DNA of 24,426 bases from a virus (taxonomy: Duplodnaviria > Caudoviricetes), in the IMG/VR virus record IMGVR_UViG_3300020045_017368, positions 1 through 24,426 of that record; one strand, given 5' to 3'. A model generated the notes under the pieces. The model was not told where the DNA came from and searched no databases. It saw only the letters and a list, made by a program, of their open reading frames with translations. The translations under genes and the position numbers were made by a program. This document shows positions 23,959 to 24,426 of the stretch, one piece after another (within the stretch, counting starts at the first letter, position 1; every line of letters begins with the position of its first letter).

Positions 23959-24426
23959 ATGCAAATATCTTTTTCCGGAACGCATGGCACAGGCAAGTCT
24001 ACAGCAGCCGCCTATGAATATAGGAATCAAAAGATTCTTCATCCGGATAAATCTGTTTATCTGCTGTGTGATCTTGAGGCCTTGTGCCCGTTTAAAATAA
24101 ACATGGAGACAACAGAGCAGGCGCAGTCATGGATATTTGCCAGGCAAATTCAACAAGAGATCGAGGCGGCTGCAAGGTTTGATGTAGTGATAACAGATCG
24201 GACCATCGTTGATGTTATTGCATACACGTATGTGGCAGGCTTCGAGGCTCTGGCGTGTTCAATGCTTGGATATGCAGAGCGGCATGTGGAAGCATACGAC
24301 AGCATTACCTTAAAGCAGATGGAATACAACGGATATTGTCATCATGACGGCACGATTAGCAAATACCTTGGGAATGATTTCAGGGTAGCGCCATTTGAAA
24401 AACAACTTCAAATATCTGATATAATT
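23959..24426 (+). CDS. P-loop AAA/NMP-kinase-like protein (AAA_28/NadR-type), native sequence to ~24350, then chimeric; open at the window edge
   Basis: MQISFSGTHGTGKST Walker A and VVITDRTIVDVIAY motif; continues in frame into repressor-derived DGTISKYLGNDFRVAPFEKQLQISDII. Confidence 0.8.
   Translation, partial: MQISFSGTHGTGKSTAAAYEYRNQKILHPDKSVYLLCDLEALCPFKINMETTEQAQSWIFARQIQQEIEAAARFDVVITDRTIVDVIAYTYVAGFEALACSMLGYAERHVEAYDSITLKQMEYNGYCHHDGTISKYLGNDFRVAPFEKQLQISDII
24346..24426 (+). repeat. Exact 81-bp inverted copy of 21603-21683 (repressor gene interior), running off the window end
   Basis: GACGGCACGATTAGC...GATATAATT is the reverse complement of AATTATATC...GCTAATCGTGCCGTC. Confidence 0.97.

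Noticed and set aside
1-24426. Alternative genetic code (TGA reassigned)
   Set aside because: Many well-supported genes end in TGA with ATGA coupling; only one in-frame TGA was found.

Overview
A ~24 kb stretch of a temperate, lambdoid-organised siphovirus (no tail sheath gene). The lambda-R-type lysin suggests a Gram-negative host; the taxon cannot be established from the sequence. + strand 1-15790: late structural and lysis operon (ClpP-protease/scaffold/major capsid fusion, DUF2190-like cement protein, head-tail connectors, tail tube, G/GT chaperone with -1 frameshift, tape measure, unusual tail-tip module, LamG protein, holin-like gene, transglycosylase). 15950-16210: an intact attP (3' half of tRNA-Arg(TCT) with arm-type repeats on both sides). 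- strand 16214-21791: int, xis-like, BRO antirepressor, hicBA toxin-antitoxin, Ltp-repeat superinfection-exclusion-like gene, Zn-ribbon membrane protein, XRE repressor. + strand from 21895: cro-like, cII-like, two conserved early genes (one with an in-frame TGA), AAA/NMP-kinase-like gene. Two inversion-type rearrangements are visible: ~15785-16324 (lysin fused in frame to the integrase C-terminus) and the last 81 bp (inverted copy of part of the repressor gene). Both may be amplification or assembly chimeras. The most intriguing unexplained element is an exact 24-bp sequence shared by the structured antirepressor leader and an intergenic region of the opposite early operon, a possible antisense or activator circuit.
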